Positions 8,401-18,029 of a stretch of 64,000 bases of DNA are shown here, piece after piece (positions within the stretch are counted from its first letter, which is position 1; each line of letters begins with the position of its first letter). The notes under the pieces are model-generated. The model made no database searches and was not told the DNA's origin. It was given only the letters and a program-made list of their open reading frames with translations. The translations under genes and the position numbers were made by a program. Location of the stretch: positions 1,370-65,369 of the IMG/VR virus record IMGVR_UViG_3300028800_000093; one strand, written 5' to 3'. This DNA comes from a virus (taxonomy: Duplodnaviria > Caudoviricetes).

Positions 8401-11400
8401 GACTTGTGCTTGAATGCTATCGTCTACGCCTAAGAAGCCAGCGGTCGAGGATATGAACACGATATCGCCAGCTGCTACGTTTGCAGCTGTGAAGTTGGGC
8501 ACTGTGCCTGAGCGATACGTGAACACAAGAGTGTCTGCGCCGCCCGAAGTTGTCTTACTGATCGTGAATGCAGTGGTGTAATCCCAATTCGGTGTACGAA
8601 CCGTTGCAACGGGCAAATAGATCAGGATGTCAATAACGTCTGATACGCCGAACGAGCTTGAGATCGTATTGCTATTCACAGACGTTGGATATGCGATACC
8701 AACACGAACGCGGTCACCTTGCGGGCCGTAATCGAAGTTGGTTGCCTGTAGTGAATAGACACCATTTGTTAGGATGGTGCGGGCTTGGCGATGCAGCTTG
8801 AAGTTTGAGAAGTCGAAGTCAAAGAACGAGGAAGGATTCGAGAGTGCCAGTGTAGACTGTGCATCGTCTGCGCTGAAGTGCTGAGCAGTTGGTGTCGATT
8901 GACTATTGACCGTCAACTGGCGCGAGATCGGGAGCAGATACGAATTGGTCTGCGAGTTGTTATCCACGATCACGTTCGATTGATCAAGCGAGTCGAACTT
9001 GTACGACGTGCGCAAGAAGAAGCGGTCGCCTTGTTCCATCACAGACTCAGGTGAATCCATATAGAGAGGCGGGATCATGGTCAACTGAGTGTTAGCAGGG
9101 TTCCAAGCAACATCAAACGAGCGTTGACCGATGTTCGAGTCGATAACGAGAGTCGAGGGAGTTACATAGCGATTGAGGATTTGTAAGAAGTCATCGCCTG
9201 AACCGCCGAGAGCTTCATAGTCAGGCACGTCGAAGATGCGGTCAGTTACCGATGCTCCGAGCACACTGTGTGTGAATGAAGGTAATCCAGCTTCTGCGTC
9301 GATGCTCGATACGAATCCGTAATAAGCTGGCACGTTCGAGAGCGGTACTCCAATGGGCAATCCAAGAGCTGATCCGCCTTGGTCTGCAGCTGCGAATAGA
9401 ATCTGACCATCAAGGTCATATGTGGCTGTTGCGATGCGAACGCTTGAGCCTTCAATGTCAGCTGATACGCCAACCAGCGATGTGTTGATCAAGTCTAAGA
9501 AGCTAACGAGTGGGAGACCACCGCCGCCGACTACGAAGTTGAGTTGCTGAACAGGTGCGGTTGAACGAACGATTGAAATGCGACTGGGCGAGGGAATTAC
9601 CGAGCCATTCATACGAACAGTTGGGCCGTCATCGACAGTCACAGTGTTCACTGTACCACTGAGTGTGACAGAGCGAATGCGCCAGAAGCCTGCGTTGGCA
9701 ATGAGCACTGCGGGATCTGTCGGGTTAGCCCATATGATGAGCCAATCGCCAGGCTGTGCAAGTGCAAAACCCGAACCGATTGGTCCAGGTTGAGCACCAG
9801 AGATGGACATCACAGTGCCAGACTTCGAGAATGTGACTGTGGTGTTTGCGCTTAAGCCGTTGGCAATTGCGAGTGCCGCGCCATCAGTCACGAGCCACAC
9901 GTTACCAGTCGTTCCAGGACCTGCGGGCAATGCCGATGTGACAGCGTTACCATTGGTGTGCTGCGAACCTGCAGTGATCTTGTCGCCTGCAGCGAGTGGT
10001 GAAGTGAATCCCACTTGGCCTGTCCATATGTTCAGAGTGTAATCTGAGGTTTGGCCTTGCGATGTCAGGATGGACGTTGGGGAAAAGATTTGTGACAGTA
10101 GTGTTCCACCAATCATAGTGATTGCAGCTGCAGAGTTTTCACCGCGAGCCGACGTGAACAGAACCGTATTGTCTTGAACTGTTGCAATGACTCCAGGCAT
10201 TAACGAGTTGAATACCTCAACCCAGATGTTGATGTCAGTAATCGAAGAACATGTTGCTGCAATGTTAAACGCTTGGAAGTCAGCGTCAGTAAACGTGGCT
10301 GTAACAGGAGGCGTTTTATCCACTGAATAGATCAGCGTCACGCCGCTAGTGATTGCAGGTGACCACGAGCTTTGAGCGCGAGTCACAACGGATGCGGTGA
10401 TACCAGCTTCATATAAGATATTGTCGTTCTTAAACAGGCTGATGTTGATGGCTTGCGATAAGCTGAAACCAATGAACTCATTGGCGTCGATGCCTGTGGA
10501 CGGAACTGTGACCTGGATGTTGTCAGAGTTCACATTGCGAGGATAAAGCACGAGGTACGTTTCGTTGCTCGCGGTAGACGCCGACCAATTGAGGTTCGGG
10601 TTACCGTTGATCGAAGCAGCTACCTCGATTGCAGTTGCAGAGCTGGGTACGCGGAAGTCGGTGGACAAGAACTGGTGAATGGTCTCGACGTTATCAACGA
10701 TAGCAGCCAAGAAATAGTTGTTGCCCATAAGGAACGGCGCAGGTAAAGCGCTTTGGACGCGAGCCTGTGCAATCGGACGTCGGCGCAATTGAACTTCAGT
10801 CTCACCGCCTAATGCGGATGCTATCACAGTCTCGAATGCTGCACCAAGGTAATTAGGCTCATAGCCGGTACCATCATCAAAGATCAGGGCTGCAGAGTTG
10901 TCTGCATACGTGATGTAATTGGTGGACGCAACTTTCTTCAGCTCATCCTTAGCGACCACGCCATCAGCCGATGCTTCGATAGCCTGTGGAGTACCTTTGG
11001 ACTTGGCAAGCTCATATGCTTTGATGCGAGCTTTGATGTCGTCGTCAGTGTCCGCGTTAGTTCCGGTATTGAAGCCGAGCGGGTTAGTGACTGTGGCCGC
11101 GAATGGAAGGCCGACAATCTGTTGGATGGTTCCAATGGATACGTTGCCGACTGTGCCTGGCGTGTTACAAATGACCGGCACGTTTACTACAGTGACTTCC
11201 CCGTCGATGATTGTCGCACCGGAAGTTGTAGCAAACGTGACTGCAGTGATCGAAGCTCCCTGCGGTGTTTGGACTGTTTGTCCAGCCGCGATGAAGCGAT
11301 TACCGCCCTGTGCCAAAACAACGGTTTCGCCGATGTTATGAAACTTCGTAGTGGGCGAGGTGCCAGCTAATGTGATTGACCAGTATGCTCCGCCCGCGAC

Positions 11401-11868
11401 CGGCGCGGTGGACACGTACTGAAGCGGGCCTTCAACATTTGACGTACCGCGTCCAATGTACAGGTTCCCGCCAGTCGACGGCATTTTGGATGCGTCGGTG
11501 ACATAAATGGTGATCGAGCCCGCGACCGCTGCCGGTTGACCAGCGTAGATGTTGGTTGCGATCTTGGTGAAGGAAATGTCCGTGATGTTGACTTGACCGT
11601 ATGCGCTAAAGGCTGCGTATATCGGGACGTTGGCATCCTTGGCCTGGCGCTGGAGTGCTTCGCCGGTTGCGCGGTCGACGGCTATAGCGTCTATCATCGC
11701 GATTTGATTGGCAGAAGCTTTGAAGAGACCTTGGGTGATACCCGCTAAAGTCTGGGTGAGAACCGATCCGTTGTTCAAGTCGATGTCTTTGCGCAAACGT
11801 GCGCGAATACTGTCGATTAGCTCACCGAAGATTTGTTCTTTTGATCTTAAATCTGGGATATCGCCCAT
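5461..11868 (-). CDS. giant baseplate wedge protein (baseplate J/gp6-like) with inserted beta domains and a CBM5/12-like module
   Basis: gpJ-like N-terminus (IDAIAVDRATGEALQR; GTNADTDDDIKARI) and C-terminus (YVNNLDVGESV...VPGVVSV); last gene of the tail module. Confidence 0.85.
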   Translation of the reverse strand: MGDIPDLRSKEQIFGELIDSIRARLRKDIDLNNGSVLTQTLAGITQGLFKASANQIAMIDAIAVDRATGEALQRQAKDANVPIYAAFSAYGQVNITDISFTKIATNIYAGQPAAVAGSITIYVTDASKMPSTGGNLYIGRGTSNVEGPLQYVSTAPVAGGAYWSITLAGTSPTTKFHNIGETVVLAQGGNRFIAAGQTVQTPQGASITAVTFATTSGATIIDGEVTVVNVPVICNTPGTVGNVSIGTIQQIVGLPFAATVTNPLGFNTGTNADTDDDIKARIKAYELAKSKGTPQAIEASADGVVAKDELKKVASTNYITYADNSAALIFDDGTGYEPNYLGAAFETVIASALGGETEVQLRRRPIAQARVQSALPAPFLMGNNYFLAAIVDNVETIHQFLSTDFRVPSSATAIEVAASINGNPNLNWSASTASNETYLVLYPRNVNSDNIQVTVPSTGIDANEFIGFSLSQAINISLFKNDNILYEAGITASVVTRAQSSWSPAITSGVTLIYSVDKTPPVTATFTDADFQAFNIAATCSSITDINIWVEVFNSLMPGVIATVQDNTVLFTSARGENSAAAITMIGGTLLSQIFSPTSILTSQGQTSDYTLNIWTGQVGFTSPLAAGDKITAGSQHTNGNAVTSALPAGPGTTGNVWLVTDGAALAIANGLSANTTVTFSKSGTVMSISGAQPGPIGSGFALAQPGDWLIIWANPTDPAVLIANAGFWRIRSVTLSGTVNTVTVDDGPTVRMNGSVIPSPSRISIVRSTAPVQQLNFVVGGGGLPLVSFLDLINTSLVGVSADIEGSSVRIATATYDLDGQILFAAADQGGSALGLPIGVPLSNVPAYYGFVSSIDAEAGLPSFTHSVLGASVTDRIFDVPDYEALGGSGDDFLQILNRYVTPSTLVIDSNIGQRSFDVAWNPANTQLTMIPPLYMDSPESVMEQGDRFFLRTSYKFDSLDQSNVIVDNNSQTNSYLLPISRQLTVNSQSTPTAQHFSADDAQSTLALSNPSSFFDFDFSNFKLHRQARTILTNGVYSLQATNFDYGPQGDRVRVGIAYPTSVNSNTISSSFGVSDVIDILIYLPVATVRTPNWDYTTAFTISKTTSGGADTLVFTYRSGTVPNFTAANVAAGDIVFISSTAGFLGVDDSIQAQVTAVTATTFTVKLPTGSYVSDAIAFSNIVNQSGVITVTAPAHGLVNHQRVGFYNTASDDGGTTFPFNTTYNVTVVDANHFTVPTPVSTPGATVLGWEVVSNVVTVLTSAPHNVIVGDVVLMSGTGVVDGYAPVSSIVAPNVFTFIRGVANNSGSAGRFDFQSFLPTTPTSTISTISSAAGLVTVNTTAAHGLSPGEVVTITGTTITAWSSATTYALNQVISFGSNNYISLQAGNVNENPASSPTWWAITSLNFTGSFVVQATPTGTQFTYYYQGQGVESGTGGSVVPSVPTGSLARSIGGMTNENLQFGQVTTTAQQIADYASTNLAGQLQISVIGSGSAPVTTSTADSNILTNYTSVSVSSFHTFLSSRRAKVSFSSVVPAGSTVTISGMTGVPAAYNGQYILLNSYLDTRLGYMVNDIQLESLAGVTADYVPGGTAVGSTPMQMMYDGENDVQSSNIQAPATVPMFTAKSAWVSTPAIGEQIRLVATTSAQVVGFWNNLVVSGFTNVGTALLTRYGREIQLATQTFGGLGAVQVTGGTANSVSVAITGSAGELTTKLGAFTVPYSLRRGLMPNMWINLANTVTQNKNIGLGELTSIKLNATNAVITAGSGTFQTQRTKSHDATTVLKIENHGAFLAVYGIAGTSMGLIANGIQEGDWVRFTNTATFNGANLGVFQVIRTFGNDTFWIQNVNAVEQMVTLAGASDITFYDYESVMPGDQLVITTDAFGPVNVGHYTVVDQSQGAGYSFPTSSTVWFTPTVQTPPSSSIVLGGEYTQVNIQEKNPTSLWKRIFAVGPGTGSYQEVLVDSPNLITKISDSLGGVAIGTSKLGFNTNVNFGKDAYKYYIGLIEELTKVIYGDPSDEINYPGIRAGGTNIGIVPAILRRVTASFGVRINSGVPFTEIISFVQSAIAGYVNNLDVGESVSISNMIAAATTVPGVVSVVVTFPTYAAGSDQIAVAANEKAFVVDPTTDLTISLVT

Positions 11869-11897
11869 TTGATTCCTTTAGCTGTCAATATACAGTC

Positions 11898-11906
11898 AAG
11901 ATTAGG
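11898..11906 (-). promoter_or_regulatory. putative late promoter motif CCTAATCTT
   Basis: one of ten copies upstream of minus-strand virion genes. Confidence 0.6.
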
Positions 11907-14510
11907 CTATCTAGGCAGCTGCGCCTGGATAGGTAAAGTCACGTTTGTATTCTGTAAACCCACCATGATCGAAACACTTACTTCTGGTCCCTGCTTGGTC
12001 ACTTCGCCCGCCACAATGCCAGTGAAACGCGGGTCAGCGTCAAACGAGGCGTTGAGGATATTGAGGATGTCCTGCGCGTTCAAGGTAGCTGTGTCGACTC
12101 CGGCTTCCACTGGGTTACCATAGGTCGGTAACTGCAGCATGGTCTGAGTCTTGGTCTGGATCTTGAGCACGGCTGCCTGAATCAGATTCGTCAGTCCATA
12201 TGCGAGTTGAACGTCGCCGCCGCCCGTGATGATGATGTCACCATTGGGGTCGAGCATGAAGTCGACTTTGGCCATCTGATACAGCGAATTAAGTTGGTCG
12301 ATCTCGGGCGAAGTCTTGAACGTCGTCTGGTAAGTAGCTGGTATGCTCGAAGGTATCGCAATCAGCATGTTTGAGTTCACTGTGTTAGGCATAAATGCTT
12401 GAATTTGCGCATTATCTGTTGGTCGATACACGGTGAGCGGTGAACCAGGAATATCCACGAAAGTGATGATGGTTTGCACGCTGTTCACGCGGTCGATGCC
12501 TGCGATCTTGCGCTTGGTCGAGGTAACCGTATTAGATACCACATTGACCACTTCGCCGACGTACATGTACTTCGAGTCAGTAACTGTGAGCGTGTCACCA
12601 CCGGCAGATGCCGTGATGGGCACGAAATAGCCAACCTCGTCGATGTACGGAGCTTTGAGCGCGTTTAGTGCTGCGATCTCAATCCAGCGATCTGCGTTGC
12701 CTAAATAGCGCAATGCGAGCTGATCGAGCGATGCTCCCATAGGGAATGGCACAAAGAAGCGGGAGATATTGTCGGTCTGGAACTGAATGCCTTGGGTCAC
12801 CGCGTAATCTGCGTAGAACGAATAGTAATCGGAACTATTGTCTGACTCAGCCAAGTCCATCATCGCGATGAAGCGATCTGTTTGGATTGCAATGTCGTTT
12901 AGGGCCGATAAGAGCACGATGTCATTCACTGTGAGCGTGTTGTAGTTCACGGGAGGAGGCGGAAGTCCCATCAATGCATTGTACGAGGCCGAACCTCCAC
13001 CGAGTGCTGCAGAGATCGACGTCGAGAAGTCAATCATCTTGTCGCGCATGGTGATTAGATCATCGGCAGTAAGTTGCAGTGCGGCATTGGTGATGTCATC
13101 GAGCTGGCTACTCACTGCAGCGGGCAAGTTCATATCGTCCACTGGGAACTGAGCAAACACTTGTGGGTAATCCGACGGATTCTTAAAGATGTTCTCTAAA
13201 GGGTCAGCTGAGTCAGCCGGTGGTTGGAACTGTTCGGCTTGTCCACTGGTCAACTTCGTTTGAGCTGAGCCAATGACTGCGGACTGAGCGCGACCATTCG
13301 CGGCAGTGCCTACGAGTGGTTGACCATTCGCGGGTTGGCCGATGGCTTGAGAAACACCATTCTGAATCGAAGAGTTGTCTGTGAAGTATTGCTTGAACGA
13401 TTCTTCCATCGCCTTGATGGTCGAACCTGAGAATGCGAAGTCAGACATATTCTTGGCGAGTCCACCAAGGTCTTTGGCCAATAGAATGATCTGACCAAGC
13501 GGTGCAATGAACGATGCCTGAATGTCGGAACGAATGCCAGACATAACGCGGTTGGCGTATGCGACAGTCGTGCGAGCTTGGTTGAGTCCATTGATGATGT
13601 TAGACAACGTGTTCTGAGTAGCGCCTGCATTGAGTGCAGAGGTTGTCTCAATGGTTCCACGTGACAAGCCAGGCAACTTCTTCTCGCGGCGATAAGCCGT
13701 CAAGCTGATGTTGTAGTTGTACTCCGTGGTGCCAGCTGATTTGGTGATAGAGTACGGGCCAAGACTACAAGCGTAATACTTGCGGTCTTTGTTCATAATG
13801 AAATACAAGCGCCAGCTTTTATTGATCGACTGTTTCTTACCGGCGAGATAGTAGTCGAGGAAACGCTCTAGGTCATGGATGCACTGATAGCCTGTGTGCA
13901 GCGTCTTGATCGTTGCGTCGTCGCCTTTATAGTTCAGTGGACCTTCATAGGTCTGGGTTGCTCCACTGAATGCCTTGAGGGTTTTGTTGAACTGATTGAC
14001 CACCGCATTGGCCGAGGAGATCGTGTTCTGAAATGCATACTGAACCGAGCGGGCTAAGTCAGACGAACCTGAACCACTTGAAGGAATAGATGCGGGCACG
14101 ACGTTGGTGCCGGTGGTTCCAGAGATCGTGATTGGGCGAAACACAGCTCCGTTGTGATTCTCGTAAATACCTTTCATGGTTGCTTCGAGAGTCGTGGACG
14201 GTTGAACGCTCACTTGAATGTTCTGTGGATTGATTGGGAACTGGAACTGCGCTATAGTTTTATTGGTGCGAGCGTCGTGAATCCAGAGTTCATAGCCGAA
14301 GTCTTTGTTGAAGTCAGGGCCTTGAATAGCGACGAAGCGCAAGAACATGTCTTGAGCTTCGAGGTTCGCGTCGATCTTATCAGAGTCGAAGCCGGACATA
14401 GGCTTGGTGCTAGCACTTGGAGCCACGATTGGATTCTTTACGAAGTCCGTCAGATTTGATATCGCGGCAGTTGCATCAGCCTGCGATTGGTTCATGTCAA
14501 AGAGTCCCAT
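11907..14510 (-). CDS. baseplate fusion protein: tube-initiator-like + LysM + gp25-like
   Basis: FPINPQNI...ITISGTTG N-terminus; SLDQLALRYLGNADRWIEIAALN (LysM); C-terminal gp25-like DGD...GLTNLIQA...PTYG. Confidence 0.7.
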   Translation of the reverse strand: MGLFDMNQSQADATAAISNLTDFVKNPIVAPSASTKPMSGFDSDKIDANLEAQDMFLRFVAIQGPDFNKDFGYELWIHDARTNKTIAQFQFPINPQNIQVSVQPSTTLEATMKGIYENHNGAVFRPITISGTTGTNVVPASIPSSGSGSSDLARSVQYAFQNTISSANAVVNQFNKTLKAFSGATQTYEGPLNYKGDDATIKTLHTGYQCIHDLERFLDYYLAGKKQSINKSWRLYFIMNKDRKYYACSLGPYSITKSAGTTEYNYNISLTAYRREKKLPGLSRGTIETTSALNAGATQNTLSNIINGLNQARTTVAYANRVMSGIRSDIQASFIAPLGQIILLAKDLGGLAKNMSDFAFSGSTIKAMEESFKQYFTDNSSIQNGVSQAIGQPANGQPLVGTAANGRAQSAVIGSAQTKLTSGQAEQFQPPADSADPLENIFKNPSDYPQVFAQFPVDDMNLPAAVSSQLDDITNAALQLTADDLITMRDKMIDFSTSISAALGGGSASYNALMGLPPPPVNYNTLTVNDIVLLSALNDIAIQTDRFIAMMDLAESDNSSDYYSFYADYAVTQGIQFQTDNISRFFVPFPMGASLDQLALRYLGNADRWIEIAALNALKAPYIDEVGYFVPITASAGGDTLTVTDSKYMYVGEVVNVVSNTVTSTKRKIAGIDRVNSVQTIITFVDIPGSPLTVYRPTDNAQIQAFMPNTVNSNMLIAIPSSIPATYQTTFKTSPEIDQLNSLYQMAKVDFMLDPNGDIIITGGGDVQLAYGLTNLIQAAVLKIQTKTQTMLQLPTYGNPVEAGVDTATLNAQDILNILNASFDADPRFTGIVAGEVTKQGPEVSVSIMVGLQNTNVTLPIQAQLPR

Positions 14511-15109
14511 TAGCTTACCGTCCCCATACCAGGCCCTGCTCCACCTACTGGAATGCCCGTAGGCGCTCCAACGATGACAACTGTCCCAGTACCCATTGTT
14601 AATAATCCAAACGTCACGCCCGTTGCAATTGCTTTCGAGAGTGGTTCGATGTTCTTTCCACCAGCTTTCGCGTCTTTGAACGCTTGCACGATATTGCTTT
14701 TCATTTCATCCATGTTCACTTGTAAAGATCCGAGTACCATCATGCCTGCGCCTAGAAACGCAGGAGTATCAGTAGTGGTTAGCTTTGGAGCAATGGCCAT
14801 GTACTGTTGAGTCGCCATCATTATGCCTGTCAAAAGCTTAAGCGCATTCGCGCCAGCCATAGTAGGTCCAGCTGCGAGTGCGATCTTAGCCATGCTGTCA
14901 GGCATTAGTCCGAGTATGCCCTGTCCAGTTCCTTGACCAACACCAGGGATAGTTCCAGTGTCGATTGTCTGAAATGATTTACCCTTCACGCTCTTGTTAA
15001 TCCCTGTAGCTAAAAGCTTGCAGAACTTTTCAAGGTTGCTGCCGTTAGCGCCCTGTTGTTTCAAGGCAGCTTGCAGAAGCTGAGCGTATTGGCCGTCGTC
15101 TAGCGCCAT
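14510..15109 (-). CDS. baseplate/spike-associated protein
   Basis: Gly-rich, directly after the spike gene. Confidence 0.6.
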   Translation of the reverse strand: MALDDGQYAQLLQAALKQQGANGSNLEKFCKLLATGINKSVKGKSFQTIDTGTIPGVGQGTGQGILGLMPDSMAKIALAAGPTMAGANALKLLTGIMMATQQYMAIAPKLTTTDTPAFLGAGMMVLGSLQVNMDEMKSNIVQAFKDAKAGGKNIEPLSKAIATGVTFGLLTMGTGTVVIVGAPTGIPVGGAGPGMGTVS

Positions 15110-15822
15110 TAGCTACCTGCCTTGAATGTTTCAACGCCCATCGTTGGTTCGCCAAAGATGCTATCCACCACGGGGTCAGTCATGGTGGTGAGCACTTGTC
15201 CGTTTGAACCTTGTACTTCAACACTCTCAGCTTGAATGACGGCTTTGCCTTGGCAAGTCGCAGTCAGCTTGTTAGTCGTCAAAGTTGTGTCGCCGGTCAC
15301 AGCAATCGTTGCATCGCCTTGAATATTTACTTGCCAGGTCTTTGCGTTGATCGTAAGTGTAGCCGCTTCCTTGTCGATGATAATACTCTCACCAGTTGAG
15401 TCGTCAAGCACAATCTTATTTGTGTTGACTTGCAGCGTCGGACCTGAATCGGATGTGACTGAGTAATTACCATCTTTGTCGATGTAGCGAACCACTTTGT
15501 TAAAGCGATTCATCCAGTACTGGCCCATTGCAGGGTTCTGCGGAGCAACGTAAGCGCGAGTTCCGTGTTGAATTACTCCGCACGATCTGTCACCACGCGG
15601 AAACTTGATCATAACTTTGTCGCCAACTGCCATGATGATATCTTCAAACGAGTCTTGACCGCCGAAGCGATCTTCACGGATGCAGCGTGTCGGAATGGCA
15701 GCGTACCCGTCGGCTGTGACGAGCACTTCGTATTCAGTCTGGTACTTGCCAGAGTTGTCCACGTGGTCAGGAGGCCAGACGTTCTGAATCATGCCGAAGT
15801 AGTATGAATCCAACGTACTCAT
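15109..15822 (-). CDS. baseplate central spike (gpV/gp5-like)
   Basis: OB-fold-like N-terminus (VGDKVMIKFPRGD), beta-strand repeats; follows the hub gene. Confidence 0.75.
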   Translation of the reverse strand: MSTLDSYYFGMIQNVWPPDHVDNSGKYQTEYEVLVTADGYAAIPTRCIREDRFGGQDSFEDIIMAVGDKVMIKFPRGDRSCGVIQHGTRAYVAPQNPAMGQYWMNRFNKVVRYIDKDGNYSVTSDSGPTLQVNTNKIVLDDSTGESIIIDKEAATLTINAKTWQVNIQGDATIAVTGDTTLTTNKLTATCQGKAVIQAESVEVQGSNGQVLTTMTDPVVDSIFGEPTMGVETFKAGS

Positions 15823-18029
15823 GTTGTATTCCTACCCTTGGTTTGTTTCTTCTTGGATACCAATGACTCACCGCGATTGTCGCGACCTTTGCGAGAGCCT
15901 GTGTTCTGAATGTCGGTGATGCCAGGCAAGTTGTTGATGTTGGACAAGCTGTCGATGCTGTCGAAGTTCGAGTTGCCCACTGCGTATGACGGCGGGTTGA
16001 CCTTCGAGTCTAGAGACTTCGCGATCATACCATTTGAAACTGTAAGCGTGGTCGTGAACACCTTGCTGCCGTTACCCGCGAGCGAACCTGAGTGAGAGAC
16101 GGCTTCGATGTGGAATAGAACGCCACGTACTTGGCAGTTATCGCCTTCGCATATTGGTTCTTGCACGCCTTCGAGAACAATTGTACCGGCAAGCTTAAGG
16201 TGACCGTTGAATGACCAGTCTGCGCGGAGCCGAGCTAAGATCGGAGTGATAGTACCAGTGCCATCAGAGATAACGTCAAAGTTACACTCTGTGATGTCGG
16301 CGCGTAGGCCGTGGCGCTGGACGTCTTTCTCATCGCACACGTAGTTATGTGCGTTGAGTTGATTGATCTTCAGGCTTTCTTGTGTGAGTCCGCTTGTGCC
16401 ATTGAAGCCCAACATCTCGATACCAGCTGATCGTCCCCAGACTTGAACGAAGTTGATGCGGTTAGCCTCATTGGATGAGACGTTCACGCTTTTGATCACA
16501 GACTCATGGATAATCCAGCGCGGGAGGTTTGCGAACATCGTGCGCTCAGTGCTCAGTGCGTCAACAGGATTCTGTTTGACGTAATTGTCAGTGAGCTTCT
16601 TAGTGTCTTTCGAGTCGCCGTCAGTCGATTGGTTGTCTCTTATAGTGGACACGCCTTTGGACTCTTTACTAGTGGGTCCGCTGGTCGGCTGAAACACTGG
16701 TGCAACCTTGAGCAGATACTGAAACAGATTGGTGCTGAACGGCTTCTCGCGAACAATCAGGCTCGGCATGATCTTGCCATCGCGGTTGATGCGAAGTGCC
16801 GTGTACATTTCGTTGCAAACAGGATTCAGGAATTGGCTATAGATGTTCCAGAACGTATTGTTTTCCCAGATGGGCGGGATCTTAAACGGAATGAATCCTT
16901 TGCAGGACGTTGGTGTTTTATAGAACACTGTGTCCTTGACCTGAGTCTCAGGCGTGAATATGGGCGAGAAGTCAACCCACGGCTTCTTGCCGGTGGATGC
17001 ATACTTCTGAAGGCCCATGTAAACGCTGTAGCACTGCCATAGTTTGTTCTTGGTCTTGCGGCCAAGGATAGTAGAGGCAGTCTTGGGGATTCCGATTGCA
17101 TCGCTGAACACGCCTTGCGCATTCGGATTAGCGTGCTTGACAGCTTGATCGGCCTGGTTGTTCTTCAGATCAATGCCCATCGTTATAATGAAGAGCAGGC
17201 CAATGATTGCTTCAGGGCTTGATTGGTTCGAGGGTGTCTTGCCGTCAATGCGGCGATAGAAGTTGTCGAACGCCTTGGATAAATTAGTGAGTGCGACTTC
17301 GAGACCATTCGAGATAGACTTGCCAGGTATAGACGGTTGAGTTGCGACAGTCGATTGCTTGCCAAGTGCTTTGATCTGATTGGTGTAGAAGTTTGTGCCC
17401 GCAGCTTCCTGGTCACCGGCCAGTGCTTCCACTTGGATATTGGCTGCGACGAACGTGTAGTAAACGCTTGATGCAAGCTCAATGAACGACTGACATGAGA
17501 TGACTTGCGTCAGAGTGCGAGTACCATTCTGCATGATCGAGTCATTGGACGGAGTTCCCATCACTCGACCGCAGAACTTCAAGCCTGACTGCCACGAGTT
17601 GAAACCGACGTTAGGATTGGTCGTGCTCTGGCGCAATGAACGTGGACCTGCACCGTTTGGTCCCATCAAATCATCGAGGATATTGTCGATTGAATCTTGA
17701 GTCGATGCCATCCAAACAAATACCCAATCACCAGGAGCTACAGCGTTTTGATAGTCTATTTCCCCGAGCTTCATAGTGATGGTCGCGGATTTCTGGAACG
17801 AACCTTTCGGAGCATTGGTCTGTACGTCAACGCAATCATTCTCGACTACGAGTAGCGAGCGTTCTGCGAAAGCATCTTCTTCACCGCGAAACATTGCACC
17901 AGGCGTTTTGAAACGCACGAATGCAACGCACCAAGAGGGATTACGATCCTTCTTGATACCTGCAGAGTCCTTGTTCCAGGAACCTTCTGCAAACTCTTCA
18001 GCTGAAATGAGATACTTTGGTGTCGACAT
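15819..18029 (-). CDS. baseplate hub protein (gp27/gpD-like)
   Basis: lies between tape measure and spike; C-terminal FHIEAVSH...FTTTLTVSNG hub signature. Confidence 0.75.
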   Translation of the reverse strand: MSTPKYLISAEEFAEGSWNKDSAGIKKDRNPSWCVAFVRFKTPGAMFRGEEDAFAERSLLVVENDCVDVQTNAPKGSFQKSATITMKLGEIDYQNAVAPGDWVFVWMASTQDSIDNILDDLMGPNGAGPRSLRQSTTNPNVGFNSWQSGLKFCGRVMGTPSNDSIMQNGTRTLTQVISCQSFIELASSVYYTFVAANIQVEALAGDQEAAGTNFYTNQIKALGKQSTVATQPSIPGKSISNGLEVALTNLSKAFDNFYRRIDGKTPSNQSSPEAIIGLLFIITMGIDLKNNQADQAVKHANPNAQGVFSDAIGIPKTASTILGRKTKNKLWQCYSVYMGLQKYASTGKKPWVDFSPIFTPETQVKDTVFYKTPTSCKGFIPFKIPPIWENNTFWNIYSQFLNPVCNEMYTALRINRDGKIMPSLIVREKPFSTNLFQYLLKVAPVFQPTSGPTSKESKGVSTIRDNQSTDGDSKDTKKLTDNYVKQNPVDALSTERTMFANLPRWIIHESVIKSVNVSSNEANRINFVQVWGRSAGIEMLGFNGTSGLTQESLKINQLNAHNYVCDEKDVQRHGLRADITECNFDVISDGTGTITPILARLRADWSFNGHLKLAGTIVLEGVQEPICEGDNCQVRGVLFHIEAVSHSGSLAGNGSKVFTTTLTVSNGMIAKSLDSKVNPPSYAVGNSNFDSIDSLSNINNLPGITDIQNTGSRKGRDNRGESLVSKKKQTKGRNTT

